Source of the DNA: a phage
Reading direction: 5' to 3' (one strand)
DNA: 64,000 nucleotides
Assembly (NCBI GenBank): GCA_029942545.1
Contig: GCA_029942545.1_4114.1
The notes under the pieces were generated by a model. That model was given only the letters and a program-made list of their open reading frames with translations. It did not search any database and was not told the DNA's origin. Of this stretch, positions 25,505 to 35,583 are shown one piece after another. Position numbers and translations under genes: made by a program. Positions within the stretch are counted from its first letter, which is position 1. Each line of letters opens with the position of its first letter.

Positions 25505-25888
25505 ATGAAGATGCAAATAAAATATAATGAATTTTGTGCAAGGACATTCATGTACACAGGTGAAATGGCGACGCATTGTAATTTGTTTAAAGGTGACTTA
25601 AACTACGCTAGGGACAAGATTTTAAAGTACTGGAATGCTAACTTTTATTTGATGGATTTTAGTACTGGGTTTCATGGGATATCTATCGAGATGCCGGACT
25701 ATACAGTACTTGATGATGCTGCACTGTTTCAGGAGGCATTAGTATTTGATAAGAAGTACATCTGTACATTAGAAGAGATGATTGAATTACAGCGTAGAAT
25801 TAAATGTATTCACAGGGAATGTATAGATATCTGGTGCAGTACTGGTGAAGATGATTTTTGTAATCATTTCAATCTAGGGGAAGAGTGA
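25505..25888 (+). CDS. family B paralog
   Basis: motif MPDYTVLDDAALFQEALVFDKKYICT; ATG 25505 (MKMQIKY); track start 25451 is upstream. Confidence 0.6.
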   Translation: MKMQIKYNEFCARTFMYTGEMATHCNLFKGDLNYARDKILKYWNANFYLMDFSTGFHGISIEMPDYTVLDDAALFQEALVFDKKYICTLEEMIELQRRIKCIHRECIDIWCSTGEDDFCNHFNLGEE

Positions 25889-26112
25889 TGGAATTTGATT
25901 TTTTAATATCAGTACATACGGTCAAGGGTGCACCTCAGTACCTTTGTAATTTAAACAAAGGTGATTTGATTATGGATACAGATACAGAGGTTGTATACAG
26001 TTCTAATGTTCTGTGCAAGGAATTTCAGAATTCGAAAATGCTTGAGTTATTGTGCATTGCTGATTGTAATATTCTGTACAAATTCAGTACTAATCTGAAG
26101 GAGATTTTATGA
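25888..26112 (+). CDS. truncated family B-related protein
   Basis: N-terminus MEFDFLISVH...CNLNKGDL near-identical to gene 26477 but lacks the FQxS half. Confidence 0.5.
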   Translation: MEFDFLISVHTVKGAPQYLCNLNKGDLIMDTDTEVVYSSNVLCKEFQNSKMLELLCIADCNILYKFSTNLKEIL

Positions 26113-26477
26113 AAAAAGAAATTAGAATCCAATTCGGTATGAGGAAAAAAGAGGTCATCTGTACACTGAATCATGCGGACGTGGAAATGGGTGGTGCATT
26201 ACAAAAATTCTCACATTTTGTTCTTGTACTATATGAAAATGGGTCTTTTAAAATCTTCACATATGATGATTCAAAAAATTACCGTAATGATTTTGTAAAT
26301 CTTACAGTACTGTCAGAAGAGGAATTCTTTCAGGAAAGTACTGTCTGGAATTTACAAGGAGCACCAATTGAATACGTCCGTGCTACACAGGTAGAGATGA
26401 TCAAAACAATGCAGAACTATCCAGAAGATTATATGACTAAGTTTCCTGAATCTTTTAATGTAGAGGTTGAGTACTGA
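26109..26477 (+). CDS. family B paralog
   Basis: motif SEEEFFQESTVWN. Confidence 0.65.
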   Translation: MKKEIRIQFGMRKKEVICTLNHADVEMGGALQKFSHFVLVLYENGSFKIFTYDDSKNYRNDFVNLTVLSEEEFFQESTVWNLQGAPIEYVRATQVEMIKTMQNYPEDYMTKFPESFNVEVEY

Positions 26478-26833
26478 TGGAATTTGATTTTTTAATATCA
26501 GTACATTCTTTTAAGCACAGTTTTCAGTACTTTTGTAATTTAAACAAAGGTGATTTAATGCACAGTGCGAATGAGTATATTCATTTTACTGATGGTAAAT
26601 TCTCATTTATTGATTACAGTTCATTAGATTTTCCATACACTGATATGCCGGACTATACATTGATGGATGCTGGTGAACTATTTCAAGCTGAATTAGTATT
26701 TGACAAGAAGTACATCTGTACATTTGAAGAAGTAATTACTATACAAAATGAAATGAAGGTGTATGCATCGTTGAATAAACCTAATGAATGTATTAATCAA
26801 GAATACAAATTCAATATAGGAATTCCAAAATGA
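26477..26833 (+). CDS. family B paralog
   Basis: motif MPDYTLMDAGELFQAELVFDKKYICT. Confidence 0.65.
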   Translation: MEFDFLISVHSFKHSFQYFCNLNKGDLMHSANEYIHFTDGKFSFIDYSSLDFPYTDMPDYTLMDAGELFQAELVFDKKYICTFEEVITIQNEMKVYASLNKPNECINQEYKFNIGIPK

Positions 26834-27189
26834 CATATGATTATTCTATGTACTATTATAAGTTGCCTAAAGGATGGGACTTGTGCTGTAATCTTATTAA
26901 GGGAGACTCGGAACATGAGTTGAGTTTATATATGCACTACAAAGATTCTTGTTTTAAATTTATTCATGTATTACATGATGGCTATGACTATGAATCTGAG
27001 AGTCTTATAGATTATACAGTACTGGACGATGGTGAACTATTTCAGGAAGCATTAGTGTTTGATAAGAATAAGTACTCCTGTACATTTGAAGAAATGGTTT
27101 CTTTGCAAAACGAAATGAAGAGATTTGAAAAAGAAAACGTATTTAATCCATCCCCATCAAGAACGAATAATTATTATTTCAATATATGA
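26830..27189 (+). CDS. family B paralog
   Basis: motif DYTVLDDGELFQEALVFDKNKYSCT. Confidence 0.65.
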   Translation: MTYDYSMYYYKLPKGWDLCCNLIKGDSEHELSLYMHYKDSCFKFIHVLHDGYDYESESLIDYTVLDDGELFQEALVFDKNKYSCTFEEMVSLQNEMKRFEKENVFNPSPSRTNNYYFNI

Positions 27190-27198
27190 GATTATAAA

Positions 27199-27693
27199 AT
27201 GACATTACAGAGTTCATTGGAAAAAGCAAAGAAGATTCATGAGTACATGAATATGGCAAAAGAAGGTTCAGTTTACGGTGTTTTCAAAGACACAAGTACT
27301 CAATATTATGTGCCGGATAACCTCCTTTATAATGACTGCTCAGATACAGAAACGTGCGTACTGGATACAGAAACATGCATACTAGATACCGACCCTAATG
27401 ATTATGAATGTTTCATTGATATGCATAATGAGTACATGGTCTATATTAATGATGCAGATATTACCATATACAGTACTGACAGCGATTCCGATGACATTAT
27501 AATTCCGAGTGAAGTACTAGAAGGTCCGTGGGATAGTGAAGAGTATTACTTCCAACAAAGTACTGTATACGATGATGAAGTACTTGATGTTATTATAATT
27601 ATGTGGTACTTTAAAAGTATTGGTTCTGGGAACTTCTATTTCGATTACAAATACGTAAAGAAAACTGTAGATAACGGTATTAACAGGGGTTGA
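27199..27693 (+). CDS. family B paralog (MSLxxALE subfamily)
   Basis: motif SEEYYFQQSTVYDDEVLDVIIIMWYFKSIG. Confidence 0.7.
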   Translation: MTLQSSLEKAKKIHEYMNMAKEGSVYGVFKDTSTQYYVPDNLLYNDCSDTETCVLDTETCILDTDPNDYECFIDMHNEYMVYINDADITIYSTDSDSDDIIIPSEVLEGPWDSEEYYFQQSTVYDDEVLDVIIIMWYFKSIGSGNFYFDYKYVKKTVDNGINRG

Positions 27694-27694
27694 A

Positions 27695-28165
27695 ATGAGT
27701 TTAGAAAGAGCATTAGAGATTGCGAAGTTAATTGATTTATGCAGCAAAGAAATTGTAGCAAATTGTCTCAATGGATATCTATTCAAGGAAGGTAAATCTT
27801 ATTGTCGAATGAGATACGATGACAGTAGTGAGTACATTCACATGTACGATGAAAACTTAGATTCTTCTGAAACAACACTCAATGGGTGTGATGTTAATTT
27901 GGAAGATAATTACATGTACTTCTGTCGTGATGCTGATATTTTAATACAAGATTCTGACATTCTAACTGGTGGTGAAGAGAAACATCTTCCGTATTCAGTA
28001 CTGGATAATAACTGGGGTAGTGAAGATTACTATTTCCAGCAGAGTACTATATATAATGAAGATATACTTGACAAACTTGTTATTTCTTGGTACTTTCATA
28101 ACACGGATTATAGTAGCTTCTACATAGACTTGGATCTACTAAGAGTACTTAAAGAGGATATATGA
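27695..28165 (+). CDS. family B paralog (MSLxxALE subfamily)
   Basis: motif SEDYYFQQSTIYNEDIL. Confidence 0.7.
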   Translation: MSLERALEIAKLIDLCSKEIVANCLNGYLFKEGKSYCRMRYDDSSEYIHMYDENLDSSETTLNGCDVNLEDNYMYFCRDADILIQDSDILTGGEEKHLPYSVLDNNWGSEDYYFQQSTIYNEDILDKLVISWYFHNTDYSSFYIDLDLLRVLKEDI

Positions 28166-28602
28166 GTTTAGAAAAAGCACTAGAACTAGCCAACAAAATA
28201 CATCAGTACCATGATAAAATAAAAAGTGGGTTCTATGCTGATAAAGTACATGCATATGGGAATGAATATTACCTCACTGGAGTAAAGAGATACTCTAATG
28301 ATATTTTACTTATGGGTCATGATAAAGACAATAATATACAGTACTCTTCATGTAGTCAATATACTAGTTTTATGGTATATATTCCTGGTACTAAGATTAC
28401 TTTTGACACATCAAATACACCTGTTGACTTCGGAGTACTTGATGGCCCGTGGGGTACTGAAGAGTATTACTTCCAACAGAGTCTCATTTTTAACCAAGAA
28501 ATGCTTGATTCCTTGGTTGTGTTGTGGTACTTTAAGGAATTGAATTTTGAACCATTCTTTCTTGACTGGGGATCATGTGAGTATTTAATTTCAGGGGAAT
28601 AA
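28162..28602 (+). CDS. family B paralog (MSLxxALE subfamily)
   Basis: motif TEEYYFQQSLIFNQEML. Confidence 0.7.
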   Translation: MSLEKALELANKIHQYHDKIKSGFYADKVHAYGNEYYLTGVKRYSNDILLMGHDKDNNIQYSSCSQYTSFMVYIPGTKITFDTSNTPVDFGVLDGPWGTEEYYFQQSLIFNQEMLDSLVVLWYFKELNFEPFFLDWGSCEYLISGE

Positions 28603-28604
28603 TA

Positions 28605-29093
28605 ATGTCATTACAAAGTGCGTTGAAAGAAGCAAAGAAGATTCATGAGTACATGATTATGGTACAGGAAGGTTCAGTACCAGGTGTATACAAAACATCA
28701 GATACGGAATTCTTCGTTAAGGATAGAGATGATTATGACGATTCAGAGGTATGTGCAGAAACATTAGTACTGCACACTGATACTGGTGACAGTGATAACT
28801 GTGAATATCATATGTACAATCAGTACATTAGTTATTGCCGTAATGAAGATATTACCATCTACAACACAGATAGTGATGCTGATGACACTATCATTCCTTA
28901 TTCAGTACTGGAAGGTCAGTGGGATAGTGAAGAATATTACTTCCAGAATAGTACTATCTACAATGAAGAAGAACTGGATGTTATTGTGATTATGTGGTAT
29001 TTCAAAAGTATTGACTCCAGTAGTTTCTATTTTGATTATGAATATGTAGAGAATACAGTAGGAGAAGGTAATGTCATTACAAAGTGCTCTTGA
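28605..29093 (+). CDS. family B paralog (MSLxxALE subfamily)
   Basis: motif SEEYYFQNSTIYNEEEL. Confidence 0.7.
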   Translation: MSLQSALKEAKKIHEYMIMVQEGSVPGVYKTSDTEFFVKDRDDYDDSEVCAETLVLHTDTGDSDNCEYHMYNQYISYCRNEDITIYNTDSDADDTIIPYSVLEGQWDSEEYYFQNSTIYNEEELDVIVIMWYFKSIDSSSFYFDYEYVENTVGEGNVITKCS

Positions 29094-29523
29094 AAAAGCA
29101 AAAGAACTACATGGATACTTTGAAGATATAAAGGCCGGAAAGTTCAAAGAAGTGTACAAAGCCGAGAACGGTAACTACTACAAAGATGAAATGTATAATA
29201 ACTCCGTTGGTGTAAGGGTTATTCTTGGGTTGAATTCCAATAGTCCTATATCGTTTTCTGAATACAATAGAGATGCAGAATTTATTAGTTATGTTGAAAA
29301 TGGTAGCATTCGTTTTATTAATAGACAAAAACCATTAATTTTGAATTATGAAGTACTGGATGGTCAGTGGGATAGTGAAGAGTATTACTTCCAAAACAGT
29401 ACTGTATATGATGATGAAGTACTTGAAGCATTAGTTATTATGTGGTACTTCAAGAGTATTAGCTTCCCTCGATTTTATTTGGATTTCGAAGATCTTCGTA
29501 AAGATCCAGAAGGTATAGAATGA
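29071..29523 (+). CDS. family B paralog (MSLxxALE subfamily)
   Basis: motif SEEYYFQNSTVYDDEVL. Confidence 0.7.
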   Translation: MSLQSALEKAKELHGYFEDIKAGKFKEVYKAENGNYYKDEMYNNSVGVRVILGLNSNSPISFSEYNRDAEFISYVENGSIRFINRQKPLILNYEVLDGQWDSEEYYFQNSTVYDDEVLEALVIMWYFKSISFPRFYLDFEDLRKDPEGIE

Positions 29524-29834
29524 AAAACTTATTCAGTGTTCAGTACGTTCCTGGTGAAATTGGTTTATTGTATCTATTTGACCATGATAATTCATTATTA
29601 CTAGTAGTGAAGAAATGCCAAGCTAGTTCGTTTGTTGAATACATTCACGATAGTGAATACATTCCTGATTTCCTAGAGTGTGATTATCACGATGAACATG
29701 AATCATTTATTTTTCAGGAATCACTAGTATGGGATAAATCGATCAACTTCTTTACGTTAATTGAATTACAAAAGCAGGTGAAGTATTATTGGGATTACTT
29801 AATTACACAGGATTACATTGAGATTGAAACATAA
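29520..29834 (+). CDS. family B paralog
   Basis: motif HESFIFQESLVWD. Confidence 0.65.
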   Translation: MKNLFSVQYVPGEIGLLYLFDHDNSLLLVVKKCQASSFVEYIHDSEYIPDFLECDYHDEHESFIFQESLVWDKSINFFTLIELQKQVKYYWDYLITQDYIEIET

Positions 29835-30142
29835 TGACAAAAAATGAATTTGATTCACTTTGTACGGTTTATAATTCATTGACAGAAATACCTGACTTTA
29901 TTAATTACGTTTCAGCTTTAAATCAAATTATGAATAGTTTTGAACAATCGTTTGAAGAGAAATATGCAGGTAGAAAAGTTCTATGTCATATGTCAATGTA
30001 CTTGGGAGATGGTGAGCCTTACACTACCAGTACTACATGTGAAATAAAAAAATATAATATATTATTGGGCACGATAGAATTCACAGTATCCAATGGTGGT
30101 AGTTATATGTACTTTAGAGATGGAGTGGTTGAATTATTATGA
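29834..30142 (+). CDS. hypothetical protein (102 aa)
   Basis: ORF track; no family motif. Confidence 0.5.
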   Translation: MTKNEFDSLCTVYNSLTEIPDFINYVSALNQIMNSFEQSFEEKYAGRKVLCHMSMYLGDGEPYTTSTTCEIKKYNILLGTIEFTVSNGGSYMYFRDGVVELL

Positions 30143-30588
30143 GTTACGAAAGTGCAATCAAGAAAGCAAATGATATTCTAAAAGTTGTTCAGTTCTTCAA
30201 AGAAAATCCTGAATACTTAGCTGATGAAAACCATGATCACGATGAGAGATTGAGACGAAAAATTGTCGCTTTATTTGACACTAATGCGGATAATTATAGT
30301 CTAATTGAGTTAGCATACGATTATATTTCATTGAACCGAAACGGACATTTAGTTAATATAGAAAGACATGCGAGTGAAGAATCTTTTAAAATTTCAGACA
30401 TTTTATCCCTGAGTACTGAAGAAGGGTACTTCCAGGGTAGTACTGTTTATGAACAAGGGACACTTGACAATCTATGCACATTCAGTGTAATATATCAGAA
30501 ATCAGTACTGGATGTATTTTATCTTGACACTGCTGAACTGGATACACTAATCAATTTTGTTACTACTGAAGAGGCCACATTTGAGTGA
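30139..30588 (+). CDS. family B paralog
   Basis: motif TEEGYFQGSTVYE. Confidence 0.65.
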   Translation: MSYESAIKKANDILKVVQFFKENPEYLADENHDHDERLRRKIVALFDTNADNYSLIELAYDYISLNRNGHLVNIERHASEESFKISDILSLSTEEGYFQGSTVYEQGTLDNLCTFSVIYQKSVLDVFYLDTAELDTLINFVTTEEATFE

Positions 30589-31121
30589 TGAAAGTTAACA
30601 TCAATGACTTTGATGCATTACAAGATTTATCAAAAAAGATTCGTATCATCGTACCAGTACTCAAAAAATGTAGTACTGGTTTAATTGATCCTAGTACTGT
30701 TGTTAATGAGAAGTACAATTTTCATCGTGTATTACAGGGTACAGGTGCATTTCAGAAGTGTGATGTACGTGAGAAACACGTAATTGATACCTCATTGTTT
30801 TCTATTGGTGCACCTGTGTCGAATAATTCTATTTTCCTGGATAACGCAGGAAATATTCAACAATTAACATTTAAGAAAAGGAAAAAGAACAATAACATTG
30901 GTGTGTACGCGATGAAGTGGGGTCAACCTGATTTGAAGCGTGAAATTCACATCCCTAAGTACAATTACAATGCATTTGACGAACAGTGTTTTCAACTATC
31001 GTGTACTGACCCTGACTATGCAATCATTCAGTTCTATATGGAATTGCAGATAGCATTTAACAGTAATTTATATATTAACTTGTTGGCAATGAACATCGAT
31101 GAAGTATTCAAAAACATTTAA
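30588..31121 (+). CDS. family B paralog
   Basis: motif FDEQCFQLSCTDP; ATG 30588 overlaps upstream stop; track start 30585 is GTG. Confidence 0.6.
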   Translation: MKVNINDFDALQDLSKKIRIIVPVLKKCSTGLIDPSTVVNEKYNFHRVLQGTGAFQKCDVREKHVIDTSLFSIGAPVSNNSIFLDNAGNIQQLTFKKRKKNNNIGVYAMKWGQPDLKREIHIPKYNYNAFDEQCFQLSCTDPDYAIIQFYMELQIAFNSNLYINLLAMNIDEVFKNI

Positions 31122-31317
31122 TCGAATTGAATACATGAGAACTGTGAGTGCAGTGTGGGATATATGGTTCACTACTAAACCAAAAATGGATTACCATGAC
31201 TTTAAGCTCTTGTTCTTCGTTGGCTCTAACAAACAGGATGTTGCAATGAAGGGTTATATTCAGCACTTACAGGAACTAATTCAGAAGAGGGTTAATGAAA
31301 ATAATAGACCAAGATGA
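31099..31317 (+). CDS. family A small paralog (interspersed)
   Basis: motif FFVGSNKQDVAMKGYI. Confidence 0.6.
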   Translation: MKYSKTFNRIEYMRTVSAVWDIWFTTKPKMDYHDFKLLFFVGSNKQDVAMKGYIQHLQELIQKRVNENNRPR

Positions 31318-31486
31318 TATTGCTAAACTATTCAATATATATTCTACTAGAATGATGCAAACAGACTCATATAGTACTGAATTCAAAGAGTTGAAAGTAT
31401 TGATGTACTTGGGAACCCAATATCAGGAACAAGTTATTTTGGAATATATTAATTCGTTGAAGAAGGATATCCGTTATGTACGATGA
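31295..31486 (+). CDS. family A small paralog (interspersed)
   Basis: motif YLGTQYQEQVI. Confidence 0.6.
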   Translation: MKIIDQDDIAKLFNIYSTRMMQTDSYSTEFKELKVLMYLGTQYQEQVILEYINSLKKDIRYVR

Positions 31487-32036
31487 TTTAGATCTTGCGT
31501 TTGAACGTATGGTAATTTTAATGCAATGTGCAGAAATGCATGAAACAATCCGTCGCACCAAAGGGATTGAATATACAAGTAAACTATTCTCATACGAAAG
31601 TCGTCGAGGGATGGATCATTTTTACTGCACTGATTGTTCAAAGTTTTCAGTACTGAAATATTATCATCCTACTGTTTCCAATAATAGTTTAATATCCACA
31701 TATGACGGTGATCTGTTTAGTGTAATGTATGACACATTACATCCATCAATTTCAATCTATAAAGATTGCGATAGTAGTTTATCGTATATAATTGAAGATT
31801 ACTTATCTCCTAATACTGAAGAGAATATTTTTCAGAACAGTGTGTTGCATGATGAATTAAGTATAAAATGCATCTATATGTTCAATAAGTTAAAAGAGTA
31901 CGCCGATAATAATTACTTCATTGATGATTTAGCGGTATTGTCTGTTTCCGTTTTTAATACAAATGATATTGATATGAAATACTATAATGAGATTTGTAAA
32001 GTACATCATATGTATAAGGAACTATTATGTCAATAA
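31476..32036 (+). CDS. family B paralog
   Basis: motif TEENIFQNSVLHD. Confidence 0.65.
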   Translation: MYDDLDLAFERMVILMQCAEMHETIRRTKGIEYTSKLFSYESRRGMDHFYCTDCSKFSVLKYYHPTVSNNSLISTYDGDLFSVMYDTLHPSISIYKDCDSSLSYIIEDYLSPNTEENIFQNSVLHDELSIKCIYMFNKLKEYADNNYFIDDLAVLSVSVFNTNDIDMKYYNEICKVHHMYKELLCQ

Positions 32037-32629
32037 ATGCAAATAAATGTTGTAGTGCAGATGTGCATTTGTTTTTTAAGAAATTAGCAAATGATATTAT
32101 ATATATGCAGGAAATGATTTATCACAAACGAGCGGATTTAGAAAAAGCATTAGTACAGTTCTCATTTATGCTTGATGGTGATATATTTCTAGAGAGTGAT
32201 GCATTGCGAATAGTATTAGACAAAAATGCTAAAAGATTTTTATTTCATATAGATAATAAATTATGTTCCTCCGTATGTCGTACTTTTTATAATCGTGATT
32301 CGGACTTATATCAATTCCTTTATTCTAAAGGTGCAGTAGAAGCATCATATGGTGATGGTTATGCCCTAGGAAAGAGTATTCCATTTATGAAATCATTTAA
32401 AATAGAACACATCAGTACTGATGAAGATGCAATGTTCACAAATGATATAACTATGGGACGTGAAGATGCAATGCGATATATTACAAATTCTATGTATACA
32501 TTCTTTCAACGAACAGAATTTGATAATGTATATATATCAAATGTAAATATTTTCAATGACCTGTGTCAGTACTTGAGAAGTGTTTGTAATTTCGATGAAA
32601 GCTATTGTAAGCTATATACTGAGGTATAA
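32027..32629 (+). CDS. hypothetical protein (200 aa), possibly divergent family B
   Basis: ORF track; only a weak TFFQRTEF. Confidence 0.5.
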   Translation: MSINANKCCSADVHLFFKKLANDIIYMQEMIYHKRADLEKALVQFSFMLDGDIFLESDALRIVLDKNAKRFLFHIDNKLCSSVCRTFYNRDSDLYQFLYSKGAVEASYGDGYALGKSIPFMKSFKIEHISTDEDAMFTNDITMGREDAMRYITNSMYTFFQRTEFDNVYISNVNIFNDLCQYLRSVCNFDESYCKLYTEV

Positions 32630-32634
32630 AACAA

Positions 32635-32997
32635 ATGAACACATTAAGTATTACATACTATACAACTAAAAAATTAGTTACTTGTTTAATATCTTTGAAG
32701 ACAAACCATGATGATATGTTTGATATGGCTGCATATGAATTAGAATTATCAGAAGATGGCTTCAAGAGCTATGAAGTATATAGCTATGTCCGTGAAGATG
32801 TAATTGACACTACACTAATGCAAGAGGATGAGTTATTCCAAGAAAGTTTAGTATGGGATAATAAGTACGATTGTAACTTTGATTTCTTATGTTTAATCCA
32901 GAAAGAAATGAAAAGAATCTTTGATAATTATCCAATCAAACGTTTCAGTACTGCACCTGAGCAATATAAAAGGATTATATTCACCTATGAAGATTGA
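32635..32997 (+). CDS. family B paralog
   Basis: motif QEDELFQESLVWD. Confidence 0.65.
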   Translation: MNTLSITYYTTKKLVTCLISLKTNHDDMFDMAAYELELSEDGFKSYEVYSYVREDVIDTTLMQEDELFQESLVWDNKYDCNFDFLCLIQKEMKRIFDNYPIKRFSTAPEQYKRIIFTYED

Positions 32998-33364
32998 ATT
33001 TGAAGTTATTACATATAGTATAGGTGATGGTATCCGTTGCTATGTACAAGCAAGGCATATGGTTCCTGATGATAAACTGTCACCCAAAAGCTTCTGTATC
33101 ACACAAGATCTCTTAGATATCAACGGAGAGTACAAGTACATATATTATCTTACTAAGGGTTATTGTAGTACACGCGGTTTTAATATTGTAGCTGTTTCTA
33201 GAGATGAAATTGATGATTTAACTGAGTACGGGGAAGAAGAGATGTTCCAGTACAGTACTGTTTTTAATGAACTGGATGTGTTTCTGTTACGAAAAATACA
33301 ACACATTATGCAAGAATGTTTGCATCATAAGAGAGGTATGGTATGCGACGTGAATCTGAATTAG
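32987..33364 (+). CDS. family B paralog
   Basis: motif GEEEMFQYSTVFN; ATG 32987; track start 32921 is TTG. Confidence 0.6.
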   Translation: MKIEFEVITYSIGDGIRCYVQARHMVPDDKLSPKSFCITQDLLDINGEYKYIYYLTKGYCSTRGFNIVAVSRDEIDDLTEYGEEEMFQYSTVFNELDVFLLRKIQHIMQECLHHKRGMVCDVNLN

Positions 33365-33684
33365 TTAAAGTAATGTACGCTACTCATATTAAACTACTAC
33401 TTGTTAAATTTGATTATAATAAAAAACATAATGATTTCTATACTTTAATTCGTGATGAAAATACATTCTCCTTGCGATGCAACAATATACCCTTGAAGAT
33501 AAATGATTTTACTTCACTTGACGAGGGGGAATTATTTCAAGAATCATTAGTTTTTAATAGTAATATAAAAATTGATATAGAAGTTATTAAAAAATACCAG
33601 ATTCTATTGAACAAAATTATGAATTGTTATCCATGTGAAATAGGTGGTCATATGCAGTTCAAATCAAAAATGTATGAATTATGA
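33343..33684 (+). CDS. family B paralog
   Basis: motif DEGELFQESLVFN. Confidence 0.65.
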   Translation: MRRESELVKVMYATHIKLLLVKFDYNKKHNDFYTLIRDENTFSLRCNNIPLKINDFTSLDEGELFQESLVFNSNIKIDIEVIKKYQILLNKIMNCYPCEIGGHMQFKSKMYEL

Positions 33685-33691
33685 GGTTTAT

Positions 33692-34228
33692 ATGTTAGAT
33701 AAAAAAATGAACTCTGGAACCCAATATAATCATCTTAAGTTGGATACATTCGAATCAGCTATCAGTACAGCACAAGATATAATTGATATTATCAAGTTCA
33801 TTAAAGAAGATAAGTTCAAATGTTTGAAAATACTAAATCGTTCAATGTACCGTGATAAAAATATTCATGTATCAGTACGTAGACCGAAAGATCAAGAAAG
33901 TGGGAGAGATTTCTATAACAACAGTGAGCAGTTCGAATGTGAATATGATCCAGAATTTAGAGGTGGTTTCATGTGTTACAGTATGAAGGATACCTCACAC
34001 ATTGAGATACGTTCATCGAAAGGTGGCATACGTACATTAGAGTTTATTGATATAGTTTTAAATCAGGAATACTACTTTCAACTATCATTATTGTTTCCTG
34101 CATACGATTTAGGAGTTCTATTCATGTATAAGTACTTTCATGAGCACTGGAATGAAGACTTCTATCTGGACTTAGAAGATTACCAATTAGTTTGGAAAGA
34201 AATGGTAGAACTTCGCAACCCATCTTGA
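33692..34228 (+). CDS. family B paralog
   Basis: motif NQEYYFQLSLLFP; ATG 33692 after GAGG; track start 33644 is upstream. Confidence 0.6.
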   Translation: MLDKKMNSGTQYNHLKLDTFESAISTAQDIIDIIKFIKEDKFKCLKILNRSMYRDKNIHVSVRRPKDQESGRDFYNNSEQFECEYDPEFRGGFMCYSMKDTSHIEIRSSKGGIRTLEFIDIVLNQEYYFQLSLLFPAYDLGVLFMYKYFHEHWNEDFYLDLEDYQLVWKEMVELRNPS

Positions 34229-34254
34229 CACCCTCCGATTCTTTGTGATATAAT
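34225..34254 (+). promoter_or_regulatory. internal sigma70-type promoter with extended -10 (TTGACA ... TGnTATAAT)
   Basis: -35 34225-34230, TG 34246-34247, -10 34249-34254. Confidence 0.6.
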
Positions 34255-34287
34255 CTCTTTATATTAATTGTAAAGGGTTATATCACA

Positions 34288-34764
34288 ATGTCCAAAGACC
34301 TATCATTTAGCAATGCACAAAAAATAGCAAAAGACATTATCAGGGTTTATAAATTCCTTACAAATGTTACTGAAGATTTTTCCGTAGGCAAACATACAGT
34401 CAAAAAACGAAATGGATACCTTTCCTTTATGGATGGGTTACTCTATAGTTCAGATGAATCAACTTGTAGTATTAGAGTGCTTGATGAAGTACCAAGTGGT
34501 GATTTTATTTCATACCATTTCCCAAGTTCAGATAATTTCAAATACTACAATCATCATCTTATAAATGAAGGATTTGATACGGCTGAAATTAACACTGAAG
34601 AAGAGTTCTTCCAGTACAGTACTGTGTATCCAGAGAGGATTGTTTTCAGTTCAGTGATTTACACTGCCCTTAAAAATGAACTAAATTCAGATAGTGATCA
34701 TTTCTACTTGGACCTGAACAATCTCGATTGTATTATTGAGTACCTGGAGAAAAATGGTTTATGA
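34288..34764 (+). CDS. family B paralog
   Basis: motif TEEEFFQYSTVYP. Confidence 0.65.
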   Translation: MSKDLSFSNAQKIAKDIIRVYKFLTNVTEDFSVGKHTVKKRNGYLSFMDGLLYSSDESTCSIRVLDEVPSGDFISYHFPSSDNFKYYNHHLINEGFDTAEINTEEEFFQYSTVYPERIVFSSVIYTALKNELNSDSDHFYLDLNNLDCIIEYLEKNGL

Positions 34765-35255
34765 TTACTACAGAATATGATTACGATGGTGTTTTAGAAT
34801 TTGCAGAAAATATCTATCGCATTGCAAAGGAGTTCAGAAGTCCTGACCCATTTGGTGGTATGTTCGAATACGATGAGTTTAGTTCATCCAAAGGAAGACT
34901 TGCGTTTACTAATGAAAGAGGTAATCAAATCTATGCCGAGTACTTTGATGACAATGACTTTCATTACAAAGCCGGATACATTTCATATTGCCCTGGGTCT
35001 GATTTGAAGATTAATATTGACAATTATAGAGAAGCAGTATTTGTTAAGTATGATGATTTAGTGTTCATGTCAGAGGAAATGTACTTTCAGGGTTCTTGTA
35101 TTCATGATGTAAAAGTACTTAATGCTATGTTATTTTATGGTGCACTACTTCATCATTACAAATACAAACAACGATTCTTTTTAGATTTAGTAGTATACTA
35201 TAAATGCGTGGATTATTTGAATGAAAAATACGACAACAATTCAGTACATGACTGA
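34761..35255 (+). CDS. family B paralog
   Basis: motif SEEMYFQGSCIHD; ATGA overlap. Confidence 0.65.
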   Translation: MITTEYDYDGVLEFAENIYRIAKEFRSPDPFGGMFEYDEFSSSKGRLAFTNERGNQIYAEYFDDNDFHYKAGYISYCPGSDLKINIDNYREAVFVKYDDLVFMSEEMYFQGSCIHDVKVLNAMLFYGALLHHYKYKQRFFLDLVVYYKCVDYLNEKYDNNSVHD

Positions 35256-35583
35256 TGGTACTGAATACTTTGTTTCAAGATATGTAATCAACCACAACCA
35301 TTATGTGACCTATATTCCAGAATACAATCAATTTTATATCCAGATTTATCAATATAATGGAAAGATAAATGATATATATTCAGAAATAAAAATCCCTGAT
35401 TATAGTACTTTATCAGAAGAGGAATTGTTTCAGCAGAGCACTATCAGTACTGAAGATGTGTACGAAATAATGGAATACCAGAAGGTACTTAAACATTTTC
35501 ATGAAGCAAATGATATACAAATCGATATTGTTAAACCGTGGTGTTACAATACATATGAGGTAAATTATGTTAGAAATGATTAA
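35221..35583 (+). CDS. family B paralog
   Basis: motif SEEELFQQSTIST. Confidence 0.65.
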   Translation: MKNTTTIQYMTDGTEYFVSRYVINHNHYVTYIPEYNQFYIQIYQYNGKINDIYSEIKIPDYSTLSEEELFQQSTISTEDVYEIMEYQKVLKHFHEANDIQIDIVKPWCYNTYEVNYVRND

